From: Malacoraja senta
Taxonomy: Eukaryota
Length of the DNA stretch: 64,000 nt
Reading direction: 5' to 3'
NCBI GenBank assembly: GCA_038087875.1
Contig: CM075977.1
Coordinates: forward strand, 54,808,001-54,872,000
The position numbers and the translations under genes are program-made. Of this stretch, positions 1-12,168 are shown in pieces (the first letter of the stretch is position 1; each line of letters begins with the position of its first letter). Under the pieces are notes generated by a model. The model ran no database searches and was not told where the DNA came from. It saw only the letters and a program-made list of their open reading frames with translations.

Positions 1-739
1 GCAGGAGTAGTGCATCAATTGCTCTTAGTGCCTAAAATTTCAGAGGCACTAAGTTCTATCCAATTTCTACCACTCCCTCCCACCCCTACTGAAGGCACAT
101 GTTGGGGCAGGGGTCAAAATCAGCTTTAATAACCTCTCTTGCCTTGCTCATATAACCTACGGACACTCACTGCCAAGGTGCACACGTTAATGATGGTCCT
201 TAGGTATTTACCAGAAGGCTGGCGGCATCTGCTGAACCTTACCCCCAGGATGAGCCTTCTAGGGAAAGGGAGGAAAAGAAGGAAATAGGAAACAAATAAA
301 TGGGAAAAACACTAAAACCTACTTAATTCTACCTTTTGAAAGTAGTTTTTACTGCCCATTAAAATAGAAATATATCCTCAAGAGCTGCCATAGGAAACAG
401 TATCGATGGTCAGTATTTGTTCTTGAAGTGCTTACTAACACTATGTTGGTGCACAATTAACCTTGACAAATTGCTGTCTCATTACATAAAACAGTGTTCA
501 TTAAAAAGTGAACAGCAAGTAAATGAATTCATCATTACTAGTGGGTTGATTCAACTACTGTACAGTGCTTGTCAAGATCAGCAAAACTCTTCACCTTGTT
601 AATTATTCATAACAATATACCTGGCACATTATAATTTTGAACATTTGTCAAAACACTTTAAATTTACTTTTGTACACCTGATGGTACACCAAAGGTTGGA
701 ATTGCTATGTTGTGTTAATCTTCAGTTTATGATACTTAC

Positions 740-805
740 CAGCAATTCTTCGGTAGCTTCCCGACCAATAACATTAGATATATCCCCAATATTGGCAGCA
801 CACAC
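740..805 (-). CDS. PPP4R1: PPP4R1 exon 8 (VCAANIGDISNVIGREATEELL); gene continues beyond the window start
   Basis: tttcag|GTGTGTGCT...TTGCTG|gtaagt, 66 nt. Confidence 0.95.
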
Positions 806-847
806 CTGAAAAGAGAAGTCAAACTTTCTTATAAACTCAACTTAAAC

Positions 848-1000
848 ATGGAATATAGTTGCAGGAGTAGGCCATTCGGCCCAACGAGCCAGCACCGCCA
901 TTCAATATGATCATGGCTGATCATCCAAAATCAGTACCCGGTTCCTGTTTTCTCCCCATATCGCTTGAATCTGTTAGCCCTGAGCTATATCTAACTCTCT
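848..1000 (-). mobile_element. CR1/HER1-type LINE 3' end fragment
   Basis: Reverse complement of the recurrent tail gatgatcagccatgatcatattgaatggcggtgctggctcg...gccgaatggcctactcctgc. Confidence 0.8.
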
Positions 1001-1029
1001 TTTTCTAGTAGTCATGTATCCAACACTGT

Positions 1030-1290
1030 TTTTTTAGTCTCATTGTCTGTAACTCGTTTTCACCCAGCTCACAGCTAACAATGGCCTGTTTCCTTTATCA
1101 TCGTTACTTTTTTGTATATTTTTCAATCATTTGTTCTATCTCTCTATATCACCGTCTATATCTGTCGTTTCCCTTTCCCCTCATTCTCAGTCTGAAGAAG
1201 GGTCTCGACCCAAAACGTCACCTATTCCTTTTCTCCAGAGATGCTGTCTGACCCACTTAAACCAGCATCTGCAGTTCCTTCCTACACATT
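1030..1290 (+). mobile_element. Penelope-like terminal-repeat fragment with hammerhead-like core (1192-1219)
   Basis: ctgaagaagggtctcgacccaaaacgtc followed by the family arm ctccagagatgctg...ccagcatctgcagttcc. Confidence 0.6.
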
Positions 1291-1369
1291 GTACAACAGT
1301 AACTAAGGAACAATGTTGTTAGACTTTGGTTGAAGTGCAAACTTTTACTTTTAATGTAAAGTTCCACGT

Positions 1370-3752
1370 AGAGTCATAGAGTGATACAGTGTGGAAACAG
1401 GCCCTTCGTCCCAACTTTCCCACACCGGCCAACATGTCCCAGCTACACTAGTCCCACCTGCCAGCGCTTGGTCCATATCCCTCCAAACCTATCCTATCCA
1501 TGTACCTGTCTAATTGTTTCTTAAACATTGGGATAGTCCCAGCCTCAACTACCTCATCTGGCAGCTTGTTCCATACATCCACCACTCTTTGTGTGAAAAT
1601 GTTACCCCTCAGATTCCTATTAAATAGTTTCCCCTTCACCTTGAACCTATGTCCTCTGGTCCTCAATTCCCCTACTCTGGGCAAGATACTCTGTGCATCT
1701 ACCCATTCTATTCCTCTCATGATTTTGTACACCTCTATAAGATCACCCCTCATCCTCCTGCACTCCAAGGAGTAGAGACCCAGTCCAATCAACCTCTCCC
1801 TATAGCTCACACCCTCTAGTCCTGGCAACATCCTCATAAATCTTCTCTGAACCCATTCAAGCTTGACAATATCTTTCCTATAATATGGTGCCCAGAACTG
1901 AACACAATATTCTAAATGTGGTCTCACCAACGTCTTATACAACTGCAACATGACCTCACAACTTCTATGCTCTATACTCTGACTGACGAAGGCCAATTTG
2001 CCAAAAGCCTTTTTGACCATCTTATCAACTTGCGTCTCGACCCTCAAGGAACCTCTGCTCTACAACACTACCCAGAGGCCCACCATTCACTGTGTAGGTC
2101 CTGCCTTGTTAGACGTCCCAAAATGCAACACCTCACACTTCTCCGTTTTAAATTCCATCAACCATTCCTCAGCCCACTTGCCCAATCAATCCAGATCCTG
2201 CTGCAATCTTTCACAACCATTTTCACTATCTGCAAAACCACCCACATTTGTATCAGCAAACTTGCTAATCTTGCCCTTTATGTTCTCCTCCAAATCATTG
2301 ATGTAGATGACAAACAGTAACGGGCCCAGCACTGAACCCTGAGGTACACCACTAGTCACAGGCCTCCAGTCTGAGAAGCAACCTTCTACCATCATCCTCT
2401 GCTTTCTTCCATGGAGCCAATTTGCTATCCATTCAGCCATCTCTCCCTGGATCCCATGAGATCTAACCTTCCAGACCAGCCTACCATGTGGAACCTTGTC
2501 AAAAACCTTACTGAAATTCATGTATGCAACATCTCTCTCTCATCTACCTTTTTGGTCACATCTTCAAAAAACTCAGATTTGTGAGACACGACCTCCCACT
2601 TACAGAACCATGCTGACTATCTCTAATCAGCCCTTGCCCGTCCAAATGCCTGTATAACCTATTCCTCAGAATACTCTCTGGTAACTTTCCAACTACAGCT
2701 CACCGGCTTATAGTTTCCAGCATTTTCCCTGCAGCCCTTCTTGAAAAGAGGCACAACATTTGCCACCCTCCAGTCTTCTGGCACCTCTCCTCCATTTAAG
2801 AATGACGAGAAGGCAGGAACGGGGTACTGAATGTGGATGATCAGCCATGATCACGGTGAATGGCGGTGCTGGCTCGAATCGCCGAATGGCCTACTCCTGC
2901 ACCTATTGTCTATTGAATTGTACATTTTAACCAGGGTTCCTGCAAATCCCTCTCTGGTTTGTAACAATGTCCTCAGACATATCTGATCAGGCCCTGGAGA
3001 TTTGTCTACCTTCATACACGATAGTGCCTTCAGTACTTCTTCGACGGTAACACTGACTGCTCTCAAGACTTCCATTGACTGCCCCAAGTTCCTCCATCCT
3101 ACTGTCTTTCTCCTTGGTAAAAACAGAGGAGACATGCTCATTGAGGACCTTACCCATCTCCTGTGGCTTTGATTCCTGAGAGGTCCCACTCTCTCTAGCT
3201 ACCCTTCTGATTTTTGCCCTTCTGATTTTTTTCAGTTTACTCCTTGGTTCCCGAAACTCCTCCAGGGATGCACTTGATCCCAGCTACCTATACCTGTCCC
3301 ATGCATCCTTCTTGTTTTTGACCAATACCTCAATTTCCCTCATCAGCCAAGCTTCCTTACATTTGCCTGTTTTGCCCTTCACTCTAACGGGGACGTACGT
3401 ATCCTGAGCTTTCATCGGCACACTTTTAAAAACATCGCACTTGGCCGATATTCCTTTCCCCTCGAATAACATGCTCCAGTCAACTTGAGGCAGAACGTCT
3501 CTCATACCCTCAGAGTCGGCTTTACCCAATTGAGCATTTTAACACGTGGGCCCTCTCTGTCCCGATCCATAACTATCTTAAACCTAATTGAACTGTGGTC
3601 ACTGGTCCCAAAAGGCTCCTCCACAAACACTTCATTAACTTGCCCTTCCCAATTTCCCTATACTAGATCCAGTGTTGCCCTCTCACATGTGGGAGCCTCT
3701 ACATACTGCTTGAGAAAACTCTCCTGAACACTTTTGAGTAATTGCACCCCAT
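1370..3752 (-). mobile_element. 5'-truncated degenerate CR1 LINE (RT region), with a small nested CR1 tail (+) at ~2805-2915
   Basis: ORF fragments [27 protein letters not shown] and LVRPHLEYCVQFW; frameshifted. Confidence 0.92.
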
Positions 3753-3891
3753 TTAAACCTTTGTTCTTTTAATGTAAAGTTAATGTAAAATGAACAGTGG
3801 TAAGGTTGAACTATAGCAATAAGGAGCTCTGTGCTTCCTGTATTAAATAAAAAAGTTAGAGAATCCAACAAGTCAGATTACGTATACTGAC

Positions 3892-3999
3892 CTTCCGAAC
3901 ATGGAACATCCGACAATCACAGCACATTTCACAGAATCGTTGCAGTATATATTTTTCAGTGATAGCTTTCCCTACCATGGGAGCCATTTTGCACATTAT
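3892..3999 (-). CDS. PPP4R1: PPP4R1 exon 7 (IMCKMAPMVGKAITEKYILQRFCEMCCDCRMFHVRK)
   Basis: ttatag|ATAATGTGC...CGGAAG|gtcagt, 108 nt. Confidence 0.96.
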
Positions 4000-4519
4000 C
4001 TATAATCAAAGTAAACAATGGCAGCAATGAAAAGACAAAAACGAAAAATGTCTTATTCTTTCAAAAATCACAAGTGGAATAACTCAAAACATACAACCGA
4101 ATACCTCTCATTTAAAATCCAAAACAGTTTAGTTTGGCCAATATAAACTAGGTGAAACAAGCTATTTCTAACTTCATAAATGTGACACAATGACGCCACT
4201 GGTCCCATCAAAACGATGTCAAATCCATGTGAAGCAGTCCAGTCACTCTTAGGCTTCCTCACCCAACTCTGCAAACCAGTGCTTATCCAGATTTCATTTA
4301 AGGCACCAAATGATTTTGTTTCCATCACCCTCACAGGTAGTGAATTCCAGATGCTAACTTCCCTCTGAAGTAAAAACATTTCTCCTAACTTCCCCCGTGT
4401 ATCTTCCACAAAATTTTACTGTGTTTGACTCTATTTATTAAATCTAAATCAGTCATGATCTTGTTCTGCCCTGTCAAATCTCCTCCCAAACTTCTTTACT
4501 CTAGGTCTGACTGAAACAT

Positions 4520-5290
4520 TAATCAAGACCTTTCCCACCCCGGCCATTCCTTCTTCCCATTCCCGTCGGGCAGAAGATACAGAATCCGAAAGCCTGCACC
4601 ACCAGATTCAGGAACAGCTTCTTCCCCTCTGTTGTCAGGCTTTTGAACTGTCCTTCCATGAGCTAGGGTACATTATCACAATAAGATAGAACTTTATGTA
4701 TCCCAGGAGGGAAAACACAACATCATGTATCCTAGGAATCATAAAACACAACATGCATGAAAAATGAAATTAATTGATGAGTGGAAATGATTGGGAATGT
4801 GCAAAGATTTGAGGGAAGCGGGGGGGGGAGGCGGAGAAGGGGAGAAGAGGAGATCAGTCTACCCCACGACCAAGGGGGAAGAACTGTACAGTTAGATAGC
4901 CTCAGGGAAAAGGGATCTCCTATGGCTTTCTGTACTGCATCTTGGTGGAACCAGTCTGTTGCTGAAGGTACTCCTCAGGTTGACCTGAGCATCATGGAGG
5001 CGGTGAGCTGCATTGTCCAAGTTGCTCTGCAGTTTGAGGAGCATCCTCCCCTCCAAGACCACCTCCCATGAATCCAACTCCGCCCTCTCTACTTCATTGT
5101 GGACATAGAACTTTGTCTTTGGAATTATTGTGCTCCAATGCTGACAACTACAATTTGCACTGATCTTCCCCTTTGTTCTATCTATTGTACTTTGAGTTTG
5201 GCTTGATTGTCTTTATCTATAGTATCAAATTTGATTGGATAGCATGCAAAACAAACCTTCTAACTATACTTTGGTTATATACATGCCAAA
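4520..5290. mobile_element. Rex1/L2-like LINE 3' fragment (+) with a second Rex1-like 3' fragment (-) nested at ~4678-5085
   Basis: caccccggccattcc...ccgtcgggcagaagatac...aggaacagcttcttcccc motif; the minus-strand piece encodes LDNAAHRLHD...RRSLFPEAI and ends in a ggataaataaagttctatc-type tail. Confidence 0.65.
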
Positions 5291-5343
5291 GCTTTCAATT
5301 TTATCAGACAATTATACTTAAAAATAATAGGCATTTCACTTAC

Positions 5344-5490
5344 TGCTATAGTTTCTGTTTTCAGATCATCATTGCTCTCTGGGGCAGTTAGATCCAGTAG
5401 AACAGGACATACTTTGGTCTCCACGTCATATCTTTCTATCATCTCTTGTTCTAATATCACGAGCAATGATGCCTGACTGGTCTTTCTCAC
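5344..5490 (-). CDS. PPP4R1: PPP4R1 exon 6 (VRKTSQASLLVILEQEMIERYDVETKVCPVLLDLTAPESNDDLKTETIA)
   Basis: ttacag|GTGAGAAAG...ATAGCA|gtaagt, 147 nt, phase 0 to 0. Confidence 0.96.
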
Positions 5491-6189
5491 CTGTAAATAA
5501 TAAACAAAATTATCAGCTGACCTATCACCAAACCATAGTTAAAAAAAAAAAATGTATACAGTATATTTTAATCAATTGATTAAAAAAATGCAAAATTACT
5601 TTTTAATAAAAGTATTTCTATTACAACAGTTAATTAACTTTTAAAAATGGCGTGAGAACTTTCACAATGTTTTAATTACACCTGGGAGAAATTCAAATAG
5701 CACAATCCTTCAAGTTAAGACACATCTAACCAAGTAACAAAATCCAATTAACATATTAATAGAATCTAGTAAATAGTCAATTGTACACTGGGACATTTGG
5801 GCAGGTTAGGAAAGGTTTAGAGGGATATGGACCAAGCACAGGCAGGTGGGACTAGTGTAGATGAAGCATCTTGGTTCACAAGGCAAGTTGGGCCAAAGGG
5901 TTCGTTTCCATGCTGTATGACCATGATTCTGAATACCGATGCTGAAACCTGGAGCAAAAAGCTTTTGGAGGAATTCAGCAGGTCAGGCATCATCTGAGGG
6001 GGCAAGGAATGGGTGGTCTTTTGAGTCAAAAGAGAATCGAGAGGGAAGAGAGTCAGTGTAAAGAGAGGGGCAGTGGCGAGATTCCAAATCTAAAGGATGA
6101 CTATTCAGAATATGAAAAGTCAACTGAAAATGCATGAATGGTTCAATTGACAATGCGATGATGGAAACAGTATTAAACTGCATGTAATC

Positions 6190-6600
6190 TCCTCCTTCTT
6201 ACTCCCTCGGAATAGAGGATGACTTACTTTCACTCTGGTTTCATTGGCTCCAGAGTGATCAAAAAGGCCAATGTGGAAACTGCAGACTCTTCCATAGATG
6301 GGGGATCTCGTCAGCAGTTTATAAAACAGTTTGCTTCTTCTGTTGCCTGCACAGAGTTTCTGTGATCTCCTGAAGCATGCCCTTCAGATTTTCAATAACC
6401 ACCCACCAGTGGAGGTGGCATTTTTACCCCAAGGGGGCTTTGAGCTTTTCCTTCAACCTTTCCCTTTGACAAATCTGCAATCTCTTCCCATGACTGAGCT
6501 TGAAGAACATTGTCTGTCCACGAGTTTGATGTCCATTAAACTTAGACATTGCAACCATAGGCTAGGTGGCTCAAATCAACATGTGGTGAATATTATAAAA
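6190..6600 (-). mobile_element. Degenerate RTE-like LINE 3' fragment
   Basis: Tail ctccctcggaatagaggatgac resembles the RTE-type tail at 40549-40600; decayed coding remnant. Confidence 0.4.
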
Positions 6601-7111
6601 CGGAAGTGTTGAGTGCAATCCCCAGTTAGTGCAGGGTTAGCTAACCTTTGGTGGTGTACCTGCTGGTGGTGGAAGGAAGGGGTAAAATCCCAATATCCAA
6701 ACCGAGACTTCTCTGTCAGAATGTTTGTGGCAAGGACTTAACCTTGGATCCAACACACACGTCCCACTCAGAAACAGAAATAATTGGCTGCAAAAGTGCG
6801 TTATTAGATAGCTTCCTGCAGTTATCAGACAGTAACTCAGCATGTCAGGGTCTTGGAGAAGTGGAAATGGTTCATAAGAAAAATATGCTTGCAGACAATT
6901 AGCCCATAAAAAGCAGTTTTTTAAATATATAGAAAGAGAGCAATGCTACAATAAACAATTCAGGAAAAGGGCATCAATGTAATAAGCCTACACCTCTGGT
7001 AAACCAAAAGTTTTCATAGGATTGCAATCAAATAGGGGGAAAAATTGAGCACATGTTTAAGTAAAAATAAAACATTTATTGGCACATTCAAAGGAAAAAA
7101 AAGACATTTAC

Positions 7112-7254
7112 CTGGTTGTTTGAATCTGCAAGGCATCTAACCATGAAGGGCAATAAGTATTTGGAGAAAGCATAAGAAATGGAAGGCCTGTTTTCTTGGC
7201 AGAATATGGCAATGTGAGGCACCTGTTCCATCAACTCTGCACGAACATTTGCTT
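7112..7254 (-). CDS. PPP4R1: PPP4R1 exon 5 (EANVRAELMEQVPHIAIFCQENRPSISYAFSKYLLPFMVRCLADSNNQ)
   Basis: ttacag|AAGCAAAT...AACCAG|gtaaat, 143 nt; HEAT-repeat region. Confidence 0.96.
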
Positions 7255-7871
7255 CTGTAAAAAGCATAGTTTACATTACACAATGATCAGTGAACAAAAT
7301 TATCTGAAACACTAAGTTGACCTGATGATTTATCATGACTGTATTCTGAAGAGAAGATGGTTTTTTTTTTAATGTGCAGAGATAGAACGTATATTGCTAA
7401 ATTGCCTCCCTTGAATTAAGCGCTTCAAAATCTTTGTAAAGTTGAGAATATGGCAATGGTAGAAATTATTTTCCTCAACTACCTTGCGTTCATGGCTTTT
7501 GACATTCAAATTTGCATTTGATTTTCAATTTAATTTTCCAATGTTGCAACTTACTCGAGACTCCCAAATAACTCCAGTCGCCCATCTCAAGACTATCCTA
7601 TTGAAAAAGGGACCAGCAAAACACCCATATAAATTTCATTGTAGTGTGCTCTGAAATTAGGAATTTAATGAATCATCTAAACTAGTCTACAAGTTATTTA
7701 AATATGCATTTAAAATGTACTTCCTGTCATGTCAATCTGATTTATTTGTTAATGTGGCAAAGTACGAATTGCGTTACCCAAACAAACATTACCCAAACAG
7801 ATTTATTTATTTAATCGGCAGGGCAAAAATGAACATCACTCATTAATGACACCATTTTTTTTGCAGATATA

Positions 7872-8170
7872 CATGGGAAACAAGTCCCTTGGCCCACTGT
7901 GTCCGACCATCAATTACCCATTCACAGCAGTTCTATGTTATCCCACTTTCTCATCCATTCCCTACACACTAGGTATAATTTAGAAGCCAATTAACCTACA
8001 AACCCACACATCTTGGGGATGTGGGAATAAACCGAAGCACATGGAGAAAGCCCATGTGGTCACACAAAGAACATGGAAATTCCACATGGGCAGCACACAA
8101 AGTCAGGATTGAACGCGGGTCTCTGGAACTGTTAGGTAGCAGCTCTACCTGCTGCCCAACTGTGCCGCCC
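7872..8170 (-). mobile_element. tRNA-derived SINE (HE1/V-SINE type)
   Basis: Minus strand ggcggcacagttgggcagcaggtagagctgct...gacccgcgttcaatcc (A/B-box head), tttgtaggttaattggc core and CR1-like tail. Confidence 0.8.
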
Positions 8171-9649
8171 ACTGTTTTTCAATACTACCAAACAGTTCAA
8201 AATATTTTAGCAAGTGGAAAACTTTCATCTTTATGTCGTCTCTCCTGATTATACTATTTTCTTATTTACATATTTGGAGTTTTTATGACATATCTCTCCT
8301 TTATGGGCTAATGGTAAAATCTAAGCTTCAACCATTAGAGCAGAGAAAATTGCACCCTAGCAACAGTCACAAATACAGGCAAAATCCATTTGTCATTTGC
8401 CTATTCAAATTCACTTCAATTCCTGGAATGGGTTTAAATAAAACACATTGTAAATTCTGTTTGCCGGTTACAGAAACTAGGAATGAAATTTTATACTGAC
8501 AATGGGTTACATGAGTCATCACTAATAATGGGCAATAAATTAATATGCAGGACAAGTGATTTACCAGCGCTGAGCATATTACATTTGCCAAAGGAAACCC
8601 TGGTTAATAACAGAACATTATAATTTGTTGCTGGGCATAACTTGTATAGTATTCTGTCACACTTTGAAATGAATGAACTGCAGTCTGAAATATCCCAAAT
8701 AACTGCTTTAACAATCAATATCCCTCAGTTTTCAGTGCTTGAACATCAAAAAACTCCAAAAGATTGCCTTTTGAACAAACATATAACAGAGTAAATTAGT
8801 TTCAATCTTCACTGTATTATATTTCACTTCCTAATTTTTGGGAACTGCGGATGGGGCAAAGGAAATACACACTTTTAGATGCTTCCGAGGTTAATTTGGT
8901 GCAAATGCCTCTACTCCATTAATATACCCTTCAGCAGACCAGGGCTCCAATTCTCACACTCCTCCCGCACACCAGAACCCCGATTTCCCCAAGAAAAACA
9001 CCAGGCTCACTAGCAACATCTCAATAACATGCAACATCTATTGTGTTGAATTACACCATCCACTAGTCTGAAAATCTACCAATCTGGCACTAAGGCCAGA
9101 GTGCGCCCGGTTAAATATGTTTTTGTGTATTCACTGTAGCCCCAAATGTTAACACAATATATTGCATAGTATGTATGGTGTTGTGCTCAAATTCATAAAT
9201 TTAGTTCCATTTAGTCATAGAGTCATACAGCATGGAAAACAGGCCCTTCGGCCCAACTTGCCCACGCCAACCAATATGCCCCATCTACTCCACTGCCGCC
9301 TGTCTGCGTTTAGCCCATCTATACTATTACTAAAACTCTCATCTTAACCACTTCCATTTTTTAATTTTTTTTATTTTGCAAAAACGGTACCCTTTATCGA
9401 TAGGATTTTTTCGCCATCTTACTCACCGTTCTCCTCTACTCCAACCCACCAAGTTTTGTTCCGATCGGTGGAATTATACAAAAGTTATGAAGGTTTAGAA
9501 AATTGTGAGATCGCGAGACCAATCGCAGATTGGTCTTCTCGCCTGTCAATCACCATGAAGGTAATGCCCCCTTCCGGCACCCGCTGGAGAATAAAGCCCG
9601 GAGGCGGGACTGAGTCCGCAAGAAGTGCTGATTGAGTCCGCAAGAGCGG

Positions 9650-10010
9650 AGTCGGTAAAGCCGGCTGTGTGGAGTAGGAAAAGCCGGATGTGTGGAGTCG
9701 GGTAAGCCAGCTGTGTGCAGTCGGGTAAGCCGGCTGTGTGCAGTCGGGTAAGCCGGCTGTGTGGAGTCGGGTAAGCCGGCTGTGTGGAGTCGGGTAAGCC
9801 GGCTGTGTGGAGGCGGGTAAGCCGGCTGTGTGGAGTCGGGAAAGCCGGCTGTGTGGAGTCGGGTAAGCCGGCTGTGTGGAGTCGGGTAAGCCGGCTGTGT
9901 GGAGTCGGGTAAGCCGGCTGTGTGGGGTCGGGAAAGCCGCTTTGTGGGGTCAGAAAAGCCAGCGGTGTGGGGTCAGGAAAGCCTTTGTGTGGGTTCAGGA
10001 GTTGCTGTGT
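9650..10010 (+). repeat. 23-bp minisatellite (gagtcgggtaagccggctgtgtg) x ~15
   Basis: Head-to-tail near-identical units with no spacers, degenerating toward the 3' end. Confidence 0.95.
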
Positions 10011-10054
10011 GGTGCCGTGGCCAGTGGCCGCTGAGTGGAGTCCATCCATCACCC

Positions 10055-10420
10055 TCGCCCCCACACCCCCCTCTCCCCCCCCCCCACACCCCTCCTTCCC
10101 CCCTCCCCACACCCCTCCTTCCCCCCCTCCCCACACAACCCTCCTACCCACACCCCTCCTACCCCCAACCCACTCTCCCACACAACCGCCCCCCCTTCCC
10201 ACACCCCACCCCCCCAACTGCACCTTCCCCCCCGCACCAACGCACTGCCACACCACCCCCCCACCCCTATCCACACCACCCCACCCCTACCCACACCATC
10301 CACCCCAACCCACTCCACCCCCCCACCCAAACCCCCCACAACACTCCACATATCATCCCCCCCACATACCACCCCACTACCGCCCCCACCCCACCCCCCA
10401 CCCCCCACATCACCCCACTG
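10055..10420 (+). repeat. C/A-rich low-complexity tract (G-rich on the PPP4R1 sense strand)
   Basis: Runs of ccccac/cccct; source of spurious Pro/Gly-rich ORFs. Confidence 0.9.
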
Positions 10421-10424
10421 TAAA

Positions 10425-10830
10425 AAAAGGTTACCTCTCAGGTTCCTCGTAAATATTTCCCCCCATCACCTTAATCGTATGTCCTCTGAATCTCGATTCC
10501 CCTACTCCGGGCAAGAGACAATTTTATACACCTCTATCAGATCACCCCTCATCCTCCTGCGATCCAAAGAAGAGTCCTAGTCTGCTCAAGATCTCCCTAT
10601 AGCTCAGACACTCGAGTCCTGGCAACATCCTCGCAAATCTTCTCTGCACCATTTCCAGTTTGACAGCATCTTTCCTACAACATGGTGCCAAAAACTGAAC
10701 ACAATACTCAAACTGCAACCTCACCAACGTCTTATATAACTGCAACATAACCTCTCAACTTCTATATTCAATACTCTGACTGATGAAGGCTCATGTGTTG
10801 TAAGCCTTTTTGGCCATCCTATCTACCTGT
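10425..10830 (-). mobile_element. CR1 LINE fragment
   Basis: ORF 10542-10748 LYKTLVRLQFEYCVQF...RRFARMLPGL. Confidence 0.88.
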
Positions 10831-10915
10831 GGTAAGGAATTCTGAAAGCAGAATACCTCCATATAGAATCCTTAATCACTTCTGATAGGGAATGTATTGA
10901 TGGACAGCAAGGTGT

Positions 10916-11027
10916 TGTGTGGGGGCGAGGGTGATGGATGGACTCCACTCAGCGGCCACTGGCCGCGGCACCACACAGCACCTCCCGACCCCACACAACG
11001 GCTTTCCCGACCCCACACCGCCGGCTT
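10916..11027 (-). repeat. Inverted copy of 9956-10066
   Basis: Reverse complement matches ggtgccgtggccagtggccgctgagtggagtccatccatcaccctcgcccccacac plus flanking minisatellite units. Confidence 0.9.
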
Positions 11028-11166
11028 AAGGTGATGGGGGGGAAATATATGCCAAGGAATCAATACAGGTGAATCAAAAGATATAAACACAGCAGTTAAG
11101 ATAAACGTTCTCTATTCCTTATTAAGCACTGCACCACATTATGGATTGGTTATAGAAACTGATTAC

Positions 11167-11273
11167 CTGGATCTTCTGCTAGTTTACTTATTCTCTCGAG
11201 CACTGCGAGGCAGTCTTTTTCATCGTCGCTGACTGCCCGCAGCGTATCCAGCAAACCTCTTGCTACCATTTGT
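11167..11273 (-). CDS. PPP4R1: PPP4R1 exon 4 (QMVARGLLDTLRAVSDDEKDCLAVLERISKLAEDP)
   Basis: ttaacag|ACAAATGG...GATCCAG|gtaatc, 107 nt, phase 2 to 1. Confidence 0.96.
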
Positions 11274-12168
11274 CTGTTAAAGAAAAAAGAATAAAACTCA
11301 AAACACTTCAACATTTCACCAGAAACCCTTGATAAACAAAGTTATTCTTAATATGTTATTTAATCAATGTTATTTAATCAATAAGATAATTTCCCAACCT
11401 TGTATACCACAAACAAACATGCACAGACGTGGGTGCTGTAAAATAATCTATTTTGATGCTCTCCTTCAAAATGAACCAAAAAAGTTGTTCATCAACTGAT
11501 ACTAGTAGAATTTCATTGCAAAGTAATAAATTTCACAGAATCCTGGTGACATTAAAAAGCATCAGTTTTGCTAATAAGCCAGGTACTTGGAACATAAACT
11601 ATTACCTTTCAATAAGTTACAACACTTAGTGACGTTATGCTATGCTCCATAGCAGAAAACAGCATACAGAGGCCCAGGCCTACATCAAGTAGGTATCTCA
11701 AATGTACTAATACAGGGACATGGAATATTTTGGTACTATTCTATTTGGGTTTTGAAAACATTCCCATAATGATTGTTACAAGCCATCCCATATCTCCCAG
11801 CAGTTAAACGTGCAGGTAGGAATTGCAGATGCTGGTTAATACTGAAGCAGACAAAGTGTGGGTGTAACTCAGTGGATCAGGCAACATCTCTAAAGAAAAC
11901 GGATGTGTGTGGTTTTGAGTTGGAACTCTTCTTCAGACTGAAGAGCAGATTAGCAAAAGCCTAAATGCAGATCTGTACCATGCCTTTGTACCACTATGTT
12001 AGATTACACAAACATCAAGGTTTAAAGGCTTAGACTGGAAATGAAAATAACTCCAATATTTCTTTGTTTTATTCCCTCTACTTTAGCTGCTATCTGTTAG
12101 CCACTACACTAATACTGAGTCAGAGTTGTACTTCCAAAGATATATAGGGTAAAAGACCGCACAAGTAA

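Larger units (their letters stand above)
9318..10420 (+). mobile_element. Non-autonomous Helitron (5' end intact, 3' end lost) inserted in a CR1 tail
   Basis: Begins A|TCTATACTATTACTAAAACTC; shares internal sequence (cctgtcaatca...catgaagg...tgcccc) with the CTAG-terminated copy at 50888-51653. Confidence 0.65.

Noticed and set aside
9650-10010. CRISPR-like array of 23-bp repeats
   Set aside because: Units are contiguous with no unique spacers, there are no cas genes, and the context is a vertebrate intron; it is a minisatellite.
9546-10580. Pro/His/Gly-rich ORFs of 120-240 aa
   Set aside because: They arise from stop-poor minisatellite and low-complexity DNA in several frames on both strands.
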